A stretch of DNA of 64,000 bases from Obrimoposthia wandeli (taxonomy: Eukaryota), in contig CDROCS010000207.1 in the NCBI GenBank assembly GCA_977020255.1, positions 186,001-250,000 on the forward strand. The letters run 5' to 3'. The stretch's first letter is position 1. Each line of letters opens with the position of its first letter. Positions 38,850 through 51,150 of the stretch are shown here, one piece after another. The notes below the pieces were generated by a model that made no database searches, was not told the DNA's origin, and was given only the letters and a program-made list of their open reading frames with translations. The translations under genes and the position numbers were made by a program.

Positions 38850-39631
38850 CACATTGATCTTCCATTTTTAAACAAAATTTACCGAAACGCCCTATTTCGT
38901 CTATTTGTAGGAGCAGAAATGAGGACTGTGTAAGATTACTGTAAGATAAATGCAACTATTTGAATCTTTGAAGGACTTTTTAAAGATAACCCTAAAATGA
39001 AGATACTAGTAACATTTGATGGCAAAGCTTTGGTGAGTTATTTAGTTGATATATTTGAGAAACTTAATGTATTAAACAAGCATATTTAGTTACTGTTATT
39101 GATTCAAAAACTAAAATATTTATATTTTTTGCTTTCTGAAATTAAATCATAATAATATTTCAGATTGAAAAATTTACTCGTTTTATTGGCTAAATAAGTG
39201 TGAACTAACTGATTTGGCTAAAAATAAACGTTCTCAATTTCATAATTAAAATTACATAATTATTATTCATAAAATCGATAAATTAGAGTTTCATTATAAT
39301 CTCAATATATATATATATATAATTATTATTATATCTACAAAATGCCTGACAAAACAAAATTAGATTCTGAAACCAAACCATTAGTAAATCTTTAGTATAT
39401 TGGCCCTACTAAAAATATAAATATTTCAATTCTTCAAATAAAATTATTGAACATTACCATGAAAGAGTAATCTTTAATAATTTTACGAAGCTATTTTTTA
39501 CGTCAGAAAGTTGTTTATTAAAAAAGCTTTTGCATTAATAAATATAATTGTGTTTCTAATTTTTTTAAAGAGCGGCACGAAAGTTTTCCTTTTTTTACTG
39601 GGGCACCTTATAAAAAGTTTGGAAACCGCTG
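38850..39631 (+). mobile_element. hAT (Buster/Charlie-like) transposase remnant with 3' end
   Basis: ALVSYLVDIFEKLNVLNK (~39030-39085) matches 'LAYL.DIF.KLN.LN'. Terminus aaaaagtttggaaaccgctg ends at 39631. Confidence 0.55.
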
Positions 39632-40699
39632 GTTTAGATAATGATCCATAAAGTTAAGAAAAGTTCTTTAATATGGTCCAAAATGTTTAATTTCGGGATG
39701 GGAAACTCAAACTCAAAGTATTTTAACGTTCTACAGATAAGGATTTATTAGAGGCAGGTTTGTGAAATGTGTTAATGAAAATATTAAGGGAAAAAGATTT
39801 TGTTTTACTCATTTTAGAATAATTCCTGGATACTGCCCTTATAAACGTTTTATTTTCTGACATAATTATTAGTTAATAAGAGATAACAGACTTATCAATT
39901 TGTTTTATTAAGTAATATTTAATGTATCGCATACACTTGTTCAATCTGAATACTTTTTAAATGATCTTCCATACTCATATCAATCAGCTTTCAGAGTAAT
40001 AATATTGTTTTGCTTTGTTCTCTAATTGTAATATTCTACTTATTATATAAGTTCTCCTGTGAATGCCTACAATTTCAGATTAATATACTATTATTTCACC
40101 ACCGAACTGAAAGTGCCTTTCTAAATTGTACTTGGGATTATTTTAGAAATCATATCAATGCAGTGGGAGATCTAGGGTTTCTGAGGGGGCTGACTAGAAG
40201 TTATACACATGATTATTACTTAGTACTAATTGTAAAAGAAGTCTTATGACAATGGTTATCAATCTTGAACAATATATGTTTTATTCCATTACATCGTTTT
40301 ATTTACAACGCATGATGACAAATATCAATATTTTGGTAATTCAATGTGATCCTTAAGATTGATGCTTACTGCAAAGAGATTTAATATTTGACACTAATTT
40401 TGTTAGCTTCAATCGCAAATCTTCTAGCTTAGTAATGTCAAGTTGATTTATTTTCTTATGTAATAAATCCGTTACCAAACATGAAGAAGGAAATAGTCGC
40501 AGTAATTTTCTTGCCAAACTCGTTACATGTGAGTATTTACTATATGTCACACCAGACAACCACATTTTGATTCCTTTGCACTTGAATAAATATTTAATTG
40601 TGCCAATTCGTATGTGGCATATGTAAGTACAATGTCTGATAAATGATGACATGCCTGAAGTCGTCGTGAACAGCCAGCCATAAATTGGTATACTTGTTC

Positions 40700-40855
40700 C
40701 ATTCGTAGATATTACGGCTAGACCAGATATTCGTTCAGCTCTAATGATCGTCTTCAGACAGGTGTTTTTCTTTTAACACAGGAAAAGGACTCATCTGCTT
40801 CTGTGCTGCCGATCGATAAAATAGACACGATCCTGAGGAGTTCACGCCATTTTCA
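40700..40855 (-). mobile_element. hAT dimerisation-domain remnant
   Basis: ELLRIVSILSIGSTEADESFSCVKRK then LKTIIRAERISGLAVIS match 'LL.I..TLP.T..E.ERSFS.LKR.K..LR..M...RLS.LA'. Weaker hAT-like fragments extend to ~42400. Confidence 0.65.
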
Positions 40856-42543
40856 GTATGATAATGAAAGTACAGATACGCTACAAAACGTTTAATTCAA
40901 ACAGGTTTGATCGTAGTTATAATAAAAAAGAGATTTATACAATTAGCATAAAATTTATTGTACAAGATGATTCAAGTTATCTTGTTGGTTTATAAAATTA
41001 GAATAAAGATTAAGAGAAAAAATATTTGTAGAGGGTTTTTCAGTATTATCCCTCATCATCTACACATAGTCTGCACTGTTTATAGAAGCTCGATAAAATA
41101 TTTTCAAAAAATCTTTTCATCGTGTTACAAAATCTTGAAATAATTTAACGACGTTCTCTAAATACGTTGTCAGTTAAATACCTATAGAGCCAGATGTCAT
41201 TGACTTGTAAAGTCAGAAGTATGGAGAAGCCATTTTACTGAACCGTACCTTCCTAACGTTGTTGCTGGCTTTCACAATCGATTACCATAGAATATCTCAC
41301 AATTTCTGTTTTGTTTTCGTTTGTAAAATTAGGATACTCCTTTTAAGATACGTGTGATTACAAAAACAAATAGAATCAATAATAACGTCATTCAATACAC
41401 TAGCATTCCTCAGAAAATTAAAAAAAATATAACATAAAATATGATTATTAAGCGAGAATATAATTATGTAATTTAATTGATACTGCATAATTTTACAAAA
41501 CAATATTATTTTCATTGTTACTACATTTTTATTCTTATTTTGTTAACTAGCATATTCATATGAACAGCAGATATTTTGATCTATAAGTAATTTAATTTAT
41601 ATGACCTTTGATTATAAAAATAAAAAGATTCAACTGTCAAATTTTAATTAATTTATATTTATTCCTCTATCAATACCAAATTTATAATATATGCTTCGAA
41701 TCTTCGTATTATTTTTCTAATCAATTTTTGTAAGGTTTAGTTAAATGAGTAAAATTTTTTGAAGGGTTTAATAGTTAGAATAATGTTTAGTTCAATTCAT
41801 TTTTGAGCTTTAGCAGCCTGTATAAAATTAATTAACAATTTTGTATTTGAATTTACTGAATGGTTCTTCTTTAAATCTCTACATAAGAATCCAATAAAGT
41901 CTTTATCAGCGACTTAGCAACCCGGTTCGCCATTATCAATATTAATAATATAAACTGTAATTTGTAACATTATTTTCTTCATGAAAGGGAATTATCTAAT
42001 TTTTATTCAGATGTGAATTAGTAAAATGATCTCATTATAATTCTCGTATTTTAGAAATCCCTGCATATTTTTCAATATATTGTTTCTTTCTCTTCCTTTT
42101 AAAACAGACCAAAAACAAATTTCAAATGATACGGAAACGTGGACAGATCAGATTTCAAAGTGCTTTATTAAAGCACTTTGACTAAACAAGTTGTTCACTT
42201 TAAACTTCTGCAAAACATTCAATGAAATTGTCAACTCAACTTCGTATTAGCATTATTAAAATGTGCAATCCATGTAAATTTGTCATTTACATACGTCCAA
42301 TATTGGAGATTTGATATAGTAATACAACCTTAACAATGAATAAAAACAAAGAAATTACAAGAGTAACAATATTTATTTACTACATCAAATATATATGCAC
42401 TCGCTGTCCTTTGATTAGTTGAATAGAGAAAATAATAAGTGAGTCTTTTATTAAGTATGTGTACATGTGTACAAAATAGATAAATACAAGTAACAAAATA
42501 CGAAAACTGAGACAGTTATAGACCAAATAATTATTATATTTAG

Positions 42544-44110
42544 TACAAATGAATGGTGATATGAGTCAGGTGAATTATGATGCATCCAATATTTGCATAC
42601 ATAAAATCAATAACTGCTGTTTTTGTAGTTTTTGTAGTATTTGTATTACAGTTTTTGTATACTGTATTTGTAGCTATGTATGGTTTCGTACATGATTAAT
42701 TGTGATCTTTATGATCACATTATGAAGCGAAATCATATATAATCTCATAATTATATTTATTTATTATGATATAGTTTTTGTTAGTGATTAATTGTGATCT
42801 GTATGATCACGTTATGAAACAAAAACATCGCAATGGAATGTAATGGAAAGTAAAAAAGAAAATGTAAGTCATTTATTATTTATTAATTTATTTGTAAATA
42901 AAACATCAATCTCCTAAAATATCCTCTTTATCTAGTCTTCTTATAAAAAATTCTTGAATGTGCTTGTAATAATTCTTGAGGTTGGCATACTCTTCTTTTC
43001 CTATTTCTTCACTTATGACTGTCTGCATCGCTTCAATTCTTCCTGATGTTGTCTCTTGCAGTCCAGAACTATTCATCTGCCTTCTTATGTGTGATTTCAG
43101 CTTTGAAAACACTGATTCAATTGGATTGAGGAAGGGACTGTATGGAGGTAGATTAACTATCTTCTTGTTTTCATTAGGTAGAGTTATACCTCTGTGGATT
43201 GAAGCATTATCGTAAATTAAATAGTGCTTCAAATGAGGCTCGAGCTTCTCACAAACCTCCTGAAGAAAAGCAATATATTTTTCTTTATTGAAGGAGCCCT
43301 TCACAATCTTAAAGTGAACGGGTCCGGCCTTTTGAATGGCCAAAACCAGGCTTATGTTAGGTCCTCTGCTGGTGGGAATCATCGAATATAGCCTTTCTCC
43401 TCGTGGTCCCCATCCTCTTTGACTTCTCATCCATATGTTGAAGCCACATTCGTCAATATAAATGCATTGCTTCGTGGTATATTTGCCGGTTTTTCGGTAT
43501 CGGTAAATAATGTTTCTTACGGTGTTGGGCTTTATTCTTAGCATTTTACCGAGCATAACATAATCTTCACCAGCTTCATAGGCTCTTATTAGGTGCGCTT
43601 TATCAGACAGAGGAACCCTGATTAAAACATTAATTAACTTAAAACATCAATAACTTACATTTGAATCCTATTTTCCTTACATGGCATGGTTTCTTCAGAA
43701 TTAAAAGAAAAATTTTCTCTGAAAGGTATTGTATTACTTTCACTGTCGGAGGATACATCTATCCTAAAACATTAATAGACTAAAATAAAAGTTATTAACT
43801 TACAATTCAACGTTATTTGAGGTCCCCGGAACATTAACTTCTTGTAAAATAGCATCACGGTTCATTTTACTTATCACGATTGAAATGAAATTAATTTCTA
43901 TAGTATAAGAAATACATGAAATCACATACAGTACCTTGTCTGTATGTGTATGTGCGTTTCTAAGTTTATATCACCGTTGATTTTACTTATCACGGTTCAT
44001 TTTGAAGTTAGTGTGTGATTCCTATAGTAAGTATTATTTATTTGACCTAAAATTGCATTACTTTATTATAGGAAATTCACAACTATGACTATTATCACCG
44101 TTGAGTTGGA
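42544..44110 (-). mobile_element. IS630/Tc1/mariner-superfamily DNA transposon, ~1.57 kb, with imperfect TIRs
   Basis: Left end caaatgaatggtgatatgagtcaggtgaatt resembles the reverse complement of the right end, caactcaacggtgataatagtcatagttgtgaatt. Encloses the transposase CDS. Confidence 0.7.
42906..43865 (-). CDS. IS630/Tc1-like DDE_3 transposase, spliced model complement(join(42906..43617,43659..43763,43804..43865)), 292 aa
   Basis: Catalytic motifs YIDECG, YDNASIH and LPPYSPFLNPIE. Two gtaagt...ag introns (43618-43658, 43764-43803) link the ORF in frame to an ATG at 43865; total 879 nt with no internal stop. Confidence 0.85.
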
Positions 44111-46656
44111 TTAGGTGTATAAGTATTTTGACAGGATATATTTTTTAAATTTATGACATCTATTTCATTAAATCTATTAAATTATGCACACATTCTGTGC
44201 AGGTGTATTCAATCAATATAATCTGCACTATTTTCATATGCACCAACTTTGTTGTTTTTGTCATCTAAACTTATTCTTTGAAAAATGATTAAAAATACAA
44301 AATGTCATTGTTTTCTTCATTTGATAAACGAATATTCAAAAATGGCAGCCGTTTTATCGGATTCTGCCAATGGAACTTCCTTCAAAATTGAGTTTTTTTA
44401 TTTTACCTATCCATTTTAAGTGAGATTTTTGAAATTATGAATGTTTTTTAGGAGCATCATATTCATTATTTCGATCTCCCAAAAACTATTTATATTGATC
44501 ACAATCATAAGTTGATTTGTGTTTGTGTGTATTGCATGCAATTAATCTATGTAATTATTCATTTAAATTTTTTTTAGATTCAGTCAAGTCATAAAGCTAA
44601 GTAAGGAATTAAGCTCTGCCAATCTGTATGAGGTAATTAGTTATAAATTTAAAATAACTCCTTCATCTATTTTCAGCAAAAATATCAAATATTAAAATCT
44701 ATAATTATTATCATTCAAATTTTTCCTTTTGCTTCTAACCATTGTTGCTATTTTCAGACATACCTTTTCAGATAGTTAATTAGAAATGATTTAAAAGAAT
44801 ATTTAGATACGACTTTTAAAGAATTATATTTTGTTCATTAAATCTGTACACTTTTTAAATTCGTGTCCATTGAATAATTTTGAAAATAACACGGCTTCTT
44901 CATCAACTTTGTATTCAAATTAACATAAAATTACATTGTCTTTATAACCGCTAAAACTGGTCACTCAACACATTTAAACCATAAATTCAATATATCCACC
45001 ATTACAATGTCGTATTGTTCTTTTCATAAAATTATTATATTTTTTATCAAAATCTATCATTCATTATTACAGTAAGAAAAGTCATCAATTTTATTCCATC
45101 ACCTTTATTTCACTAAAAAACAATAATCTTTCAACATGGCTAATATACATTGGCTAATTAATACACAGAAAAATATTTCGCACATACATTTGCTCAACAA
45201 CAAACAAAGCATTATAAAGTGCAACCACACACATAGGGACCTGATTAGCCAATTTGAAATATCAATGAGAATTAATCAGTAACAGTAAATCACACAAAAG
45301 TTATTGTTTCAATTTTTAAACTTCTGTCCACTGTTAACAAACAGAAAGGAAAATTTTAAATAGAAAAACGTATTTTAATAACTGCATTAATGCATACGTT
45401 CTTGTAACATTATAAAAACAGGTTATTCTAGAAGAGTAATTTTTGCATTATTCTAATCTCAAATTTCATCAGTATACCACATGAAAGTTAACATGCTAAT
45501 TTACTAATAATGATTTAAATAAAATGAAGGTTAAATAAGAAGAAAAAATACAAATATTGTTAAAAAATCAGGACAATCAAAATAAATTTATTTTGCACCG
45601 ACATCCAAATTCTGAAAAACAGAATATTTTTGAAAACCACTTTTTTGGATCAAAACTATAATAATAGTAAAATTTGTTATTTAGGATTAAATTACCTTTA
45701 TATTTTAACTGCAAAATGTTATTTCTGAATCTATTGTCAAAAAATTGATCTGCATGAAATATGATATTGATGATATTTAAAAATTTATCTTGTATATCTA
45801 TGATAAATGAAAGTAAATTAATATCAAACATTAATCTAAAATGGATTATAGAATAAACTTAAGTAGGCTACATCATGAAATAAATGTATTTAATATCATT
45901 AATTATCAATCAATTTTATAGATTAAATTATAATTGTATATAAAGCTTATAAATAAAAATATATAATGAAATTAATATATTTGAAGTTAAACAAAAATAA
46001 AACTGGCCACATTTTTTAGATCTAAGAGTAAAGTAAAACGGATAAAAGAACATGTAAATTATATTTTATTCAACATTATGCACAACTTTCAAACGAAAAC
46101 TTTTTTTGTTTGTATTTTAGCCTCAACAATCTCCTAATGGCATTATCAAGTGTATATTCTTTATCTTTACATTCCTCATTTTTACTTCAATTTTGCAACT
46201 GTTGACTGACAAATTGTATTTTTCTTGTTATATCAGATTATTTAATCGTTTTAATTCATCGACAATATTGATGTGGGTTGAAAGTGTTAAATAATTTCAC
46301 TTTCTAATTAATTTAAAATATTAACCGAATTTCTTCGTAATACCATTTCGACTAATTCAAATAGGAAAATATAATTGTATAAGCCAATTAAAATGAATTA
46401 AGGGTATTTTATGCTGCATTCAATGATAAAGTGTACATGTAGAATTTCTGAGCTGTAAAATATTCACCAAGATAAAATTGTTGACTGCATCTCCCCAACC
46501 TCAGCAAGACGACACACTGGCCGCAGCCCAACCAATCACGAAACCCCAACCCGAGATGATAAGGACGACTCTGGTTGGCGGATCACCAAGGCCATAAAAG
46601 CGCGTACGTCGTCAGTGCCAGTGATGTGATGTGACCTCAGTGCAGCCGCCGAGACA

Positions 46657-46941
46657 ATGTTGTCATCTTCTTCAGAGAGCCAGCACCAGTTTGTGTCAAT
46701 GACCATCACGACTGTGCTGTTGGTGGCGGAGAGCTGCGTCGGTACGGTGGGAAACTGCCTTGTCATTGCGGTGTTCAGACGCTCCGCTGCGGCTGGCCAC
46801 ACCGTCACCAACCTGCTCATCACCTCGCTTGCCACTATCGACCTCATCATCTGCTCCGTTGACATCCCAGTCACCATTGCCTGGATCATCTGGCAGTACC
46901 CCACCGTCGACCTCATCTGCAAGCTCATCATCGTGCTCAAG
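46657..46941 (+). CDS. Class A (rhodopsin-like) GPCR, exon 1 (TM1-TM2-ECL1)
   Basis: GTVGNCLVIAVF (TM1 GN), TNLLITSLATIDLIICSVDIP (TM2 LAxxD), WQY...CKL. Phase-0 donor AAG|gtactc at 46942. Confidence 0.88.
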
Positions 46942-47739
46942 GTACTCAAATATTGTTATATTGTTTACGTCATCATATCATGATCAACTAAAGTGATAAT
47001 AAGAAATTTGTTTCCAATCTATCAATAAGAAAATCACAATTGATGTATAACACTGAATGGAAACATTTGCAGAAATTCCATGAATTATTCATGATGTCAA
47101 CTTTTCCAGTCGGGATTCAGTTATGTTTCAAAATAATTCATTTTCTCAAAGTATAACAGTTGAATTGCTTACGATAGTTATGGATGTTTACGATTTATTT
47201 TCAAAGTCTTACTGAATTGAATTGGAAGTCATGACCCCACATTTCAATATTTCTGCACTAAAAACTAAAATTTCAATTCGGGTATGGGTCTTCCATGCAC
47301 CTAACTCACGAAATTTCTGTGCAATTTCGTTATTGCTTTATACTTTGAAAAAATCCAATTATATTGAATCCCAGCCGACGTCCATTCAGTTACAAGATCT
47401 TCAGACCATCGAGTAAGTTCGAATGAAATTTCTAATTTTCAAAATATTGTTTGGATATTTCATGAGACTTTCATGGGTTCTATCGCACACTAACTACAAA
47501 CATTTACTCCATCACCCTAACTTATAGCGCAAAATGTGTTGTGAGCCAATTTAAGTCTTAAATACCTCCGAACGGGGAGTTCCAAGCGCACTGCGCGCAT
47601 AAAATACCCTCGAGCTTTGCTTGAAGACTATATGGGTCAAAGCAAACTCTTCGGGCAAGTGGTGGCCTTCTGAACGTAATTAAAAATGATTACGTTAGGG
47701 GTAATTACTAGGTAAAATCTTGCAAAAAAATCCATATCA

Positions 47740-48680
47740 ATTTTGATGCTGATATCCAAGTAGAATCTGAATAACCATGCTATTTAACAAAGTATTGCTT
47801 ATGTTTACAAGTACCCTTAGATTTTAATATTTTTGAACATGGAAAACAATAGGTTTATTTTATATAACTTGTTTTTTGATTATAAAATTTACCATGAATG
47901 ATATTATTGTCAGCAACTTTAATAGTATACATTATCAGATTAGACCTTTAATCAAGTTAACGTATACGAAATATTTCCTCGTTCCAATTCTGACCAATTT
48001 TTTTTTATAAATGGAGTAGAGCTAATTTTAGAAATTCGAACTTATTCGAGTCTTTCATATTTTGCCTTTAATATTTAAAATTTTTATTACTATTTATTCA
48101 AAAATCTATGGAAGGTGTATCAGTAACATCAACTGGTCTCATTTCTTTGAGACTTATCTGTTTAGAATTGATATTTGCATGTATAATTTTGGGTGAAACT
48201 TGGATTTACTTTTTTTCCTTCTAATATATATCTTGAAGTAAAATTAAATCCTTATACTGATGCTGTCTTGTACTGCGAAAATGCAGAGTAGTGATTTATA
48301 TAACTTTCTATAAAATAATGATTGAACAAAATTACTTTCCTAAATTGGTTTTCACATGTTGCAGACTGTCGTCTTTTCATATTTCTTTAATAGTTTCAAA
48401 CATGGTATTTGAAGACTTTGCTTTAACTAAAACTCTACGAGCAAACCTCCTAAATACATCAATACAATTTAAAATACTTCTGTCGTCGTCTTCAATTTGT
48501 TATCGATTATTATGCTCGTTGATTTTGTATGCTCTAGTTGGAACTCTTCTTTTCATTGGCTTGTTCAGACTGAAAGCTAACTGATGACTTATTTCTATGT
48601 TGTCTTGTAAGGTTTTTTACCAGATTTGAAACTCCTATGTTGCCAATTGGATCTTTTGGATTGAATCATATCTTCTGCAT
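47740..48680 (-). mobile_element. Near full-length decayed Polinton integrase with chromo-like C-terminus
   Basis: MQKI*FNPKDPIG..., QLAFSLNKPMKRR, LNCIDVFRRFA, MRPVDVT, VRISKISSTPFIKKIGQNWNEEIFRI, YFVK*HGYSDSTWIS, in the canonical order. Confidence 0.85.
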
Positions 48681-48700
48681 CTCAACCAGTTGTATATGTA

Positions 48701-48780
48701 ACGAAGCTGAATAATAACGATGTAATTCAAATAGTTGGTCCCAGTGGAAGTGAAAAGACACGTTTCGTATGTAAATTGTG
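48701..48780 (+). mobile_element. 5' stub of a third Polinton packaging ATPase
   Basis: aataataacgatgtaattcaaatagttggtcccagtggaagtgaaaagacacgtttcgtatgtaaa (IQIVGPSGSEKTRFVCK) is closely similar to 19038-19105. Confidence 0.8.
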
Positions 48781-49759
48781 TTGGGGTTTACTTTCAAACA
48801 CTAGAATTCTTGTATCGAAGCCCCCAACGTGAGTTCTGTAGCGATAGGGTTTACTGATGGCTGTGAAGCTCATATGGTGTTTTATATTTGATATGCGTTG
48901 ATTTAATAAATGTATTGAAATTAATTTTTGTATGTTTTTTCTCCCAAAATAAAATTGAACTTAATATTTTTTGCTATCCACCTCTTCTTAACAAACGTAA
49001 AAAATGCAGTTATTTATTCACACAAAATTATCATCAAAAATCTCGTATACGACAAGTCGATTCTTTTTGTTATCAATTAAATATGTTTAAAAGTTATGTT
49101 TAAAAAGATGTGTTATATTTCCTACATTTAAAATATAAATATCTCTACTCTAAAATCATAGATATCCAAAGGCTTATATAATAAAATTAATTGATGCAAA
49201 TTGAGGGTGAGCCTAATATCTAATATAGATTCAAAATCATAAAACAACCACAACAGAAAATATATTCAAATCTATCAAAATCTTAATTTGATTCAATATT
49301 GAACTTTTCCAATAGTATGACACAATTATTAGGAATGTAGTTACTTTTAAAATCTACCTTTATAACAATCAAGAGTTACTTAATATAGATGATGGATAAC
49401 CTTCTATCATCACTTTTCTCACTGAGACCAAAATCGTCGACTTGAATGATTTATTTATTAAAATATCAAATAGTTAATGCTTTTTTATGAGACCTCCTGG
49501 AATGACTGCTAATTGAGTATATTCAGTCACCTACTCTTCATATCCTCTGTAAGATGCGACTGTGCAGCTTTTTTATTTATTCGTACAAGAAAATTAAAGT
49601 GAAAATACGCTTAAATTTTCAAGAAACATTAAAAAAACTGTTTTTTTGACACGTCATATGATATTATAGATCCATAAATTAATTGTGTTAAAAATATTGT
49701 TATATATTGAAGAGTGCTTAAAATTATCACTACAATACTTAGAAATTGAGATGCAATGG

Positions 49760-50200
49760 ATAAACCAAGAAAATGGAATATTTCGGAAGTTTATTGCTAC
49801 AGGAACTGTACATGATAAAGAAAGAAGTTGACGTCAATCAATCAATGTAGACAAAATTAAAGAAGTTTATGATGACTTTCAAGAATGTCGAACAATCTCT
49901 TTAAGGTAAGCTTTATCAGAACTCTGTATCCTTACTCAACACTTTGGGATACAATAAAATATAAAACTGGGATGTTTGCGTATCATCCATCAAGAATTCA
50001 ATTTTATGAGACATACAGCAATTGATTAGTAAGGACAGTGGATTACTCCATATTTAAAGACTGGTGATCCCAAACAACTACAGGATTTAGGGACTAACAA
50101 AATGTAGCATTGCAGCCACATTGCTGCAATTTTTCATGACCGAATAATTGGACTATTCCTTTTAAAGGAAACGTATTTAGCAACGCTGGATATTCTTTAC
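49760..50200 (+). mobile_element. Decayed mariner-like (maT/rosa-type) transposase
   Basis: ATGTVHDKERS*R (TGSV.D..RSGRP) and AIFHDRIIGLFLLKETYLATL (AI....IIGP.FF...YL.ML). Confidence 0.55.
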
Positions 50201-50634
50201 TTCAATTAAAATTGTCTAAACGTCTCTCCACTACACTCTTTCTTCATTGGACTCGTGGAGTTATAACATTTATTAACTCTCAATTTCCTTCCTTATGAAT
50301 TGGAAGAAATGGTTCATTTACTTGCCTTCATGAAGCCCTGCTTTAACTCCGTTAGAATATTTCTCGTGGAGTTATGTAAAAGACAAGATTTATAAGAAGC
50401 GTCCTATATCTATTAAATACTAAAGCAATTTATAACAAATAAAAATTTAAAAAATCCTCGAGAAATCATTGAAAGTTTTAAAAAACAACTTGAGAAATGC
50501 CAGATTTAAAGAGGTGGTTTATTTTTTAAGTAAAAGTAGTGTTATGACATTGTTGATGATCTGAAAAAATCTTAATAAAATCTTCTTACAACTCAGCTTA
50601 CTTAATCAACAATCCAACAAATTTTTCCATTTTC

Positions 50635-51150
50635 AATCTCACATAAGAAGGCAGATGAATAATTCTGGACTGCACTAGACAACACCAGGAAGAATTGAAG
50701 CGATACAGACAGTTATACGTGAAGAAATAAGAAAAGAAGAGTATGACAATTTTAAGAATTATTATAAACATATTCAAGATTTTTTTATAAAAAGCCTTGA
50801 TAAAGAAGATATTTTAGGAGATTGATGTTTTATATAAAATAATAAAATAATAAAAGTCTTACTTTTTCTTTACATTTCAATGACTATTCATATTAAACTT
50901 AAAAGCCCCTTTGCAAAATATTGATGTTTTTGTTTCATAACTTGATCATACAGATCACAATTAATCCCAAACAAAAACAATAGCATTATAAATAATTATC
51001 GGAATATACATGTTTTCGTTTCATCATAAAAATCACAATTAATCATGTAAGAAAACATACAGTAGTAATATTCCTCAATTGAATATCGATTTACTACTCA
51101 GTTTGAATGTGTGCATCATCATTCACCTGACTCACATCATCGTTCAGTTC
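50635..51150 (+). mobile_element. 3' fragment of a second copy of the 42544-44110 Tc1/IS630 element
   Basis: Reverse-complement similarity to ~42550-43100, including the C-terminus KHIQDFF...LDKEDILGD-stop and the 3' subterminal gatcatacagatcacaattaatc. Confidence 0.85.

Noticed and set aside
46530-46640. Core promoter of the GPCR (ccaatc, cataaaag, tcagt)
   Set aside because: The TATA-like to Inr-like spacings are ~20 and ~44 nt rather than ~30, so it cannot be supported without TSS data.
46536-46996. ORFs 46536..46949 (-) and 46760..46996 (+)
   Set aside because: Alternative-frame and antisense shadows of the GC-rich GPCR exon 1.
47511-47521. Telomerase-RNA template (accctaac)
   Set aside because: Only an 8-nt match, expected by chance, with no other telomerase RNA hallmarks identified.
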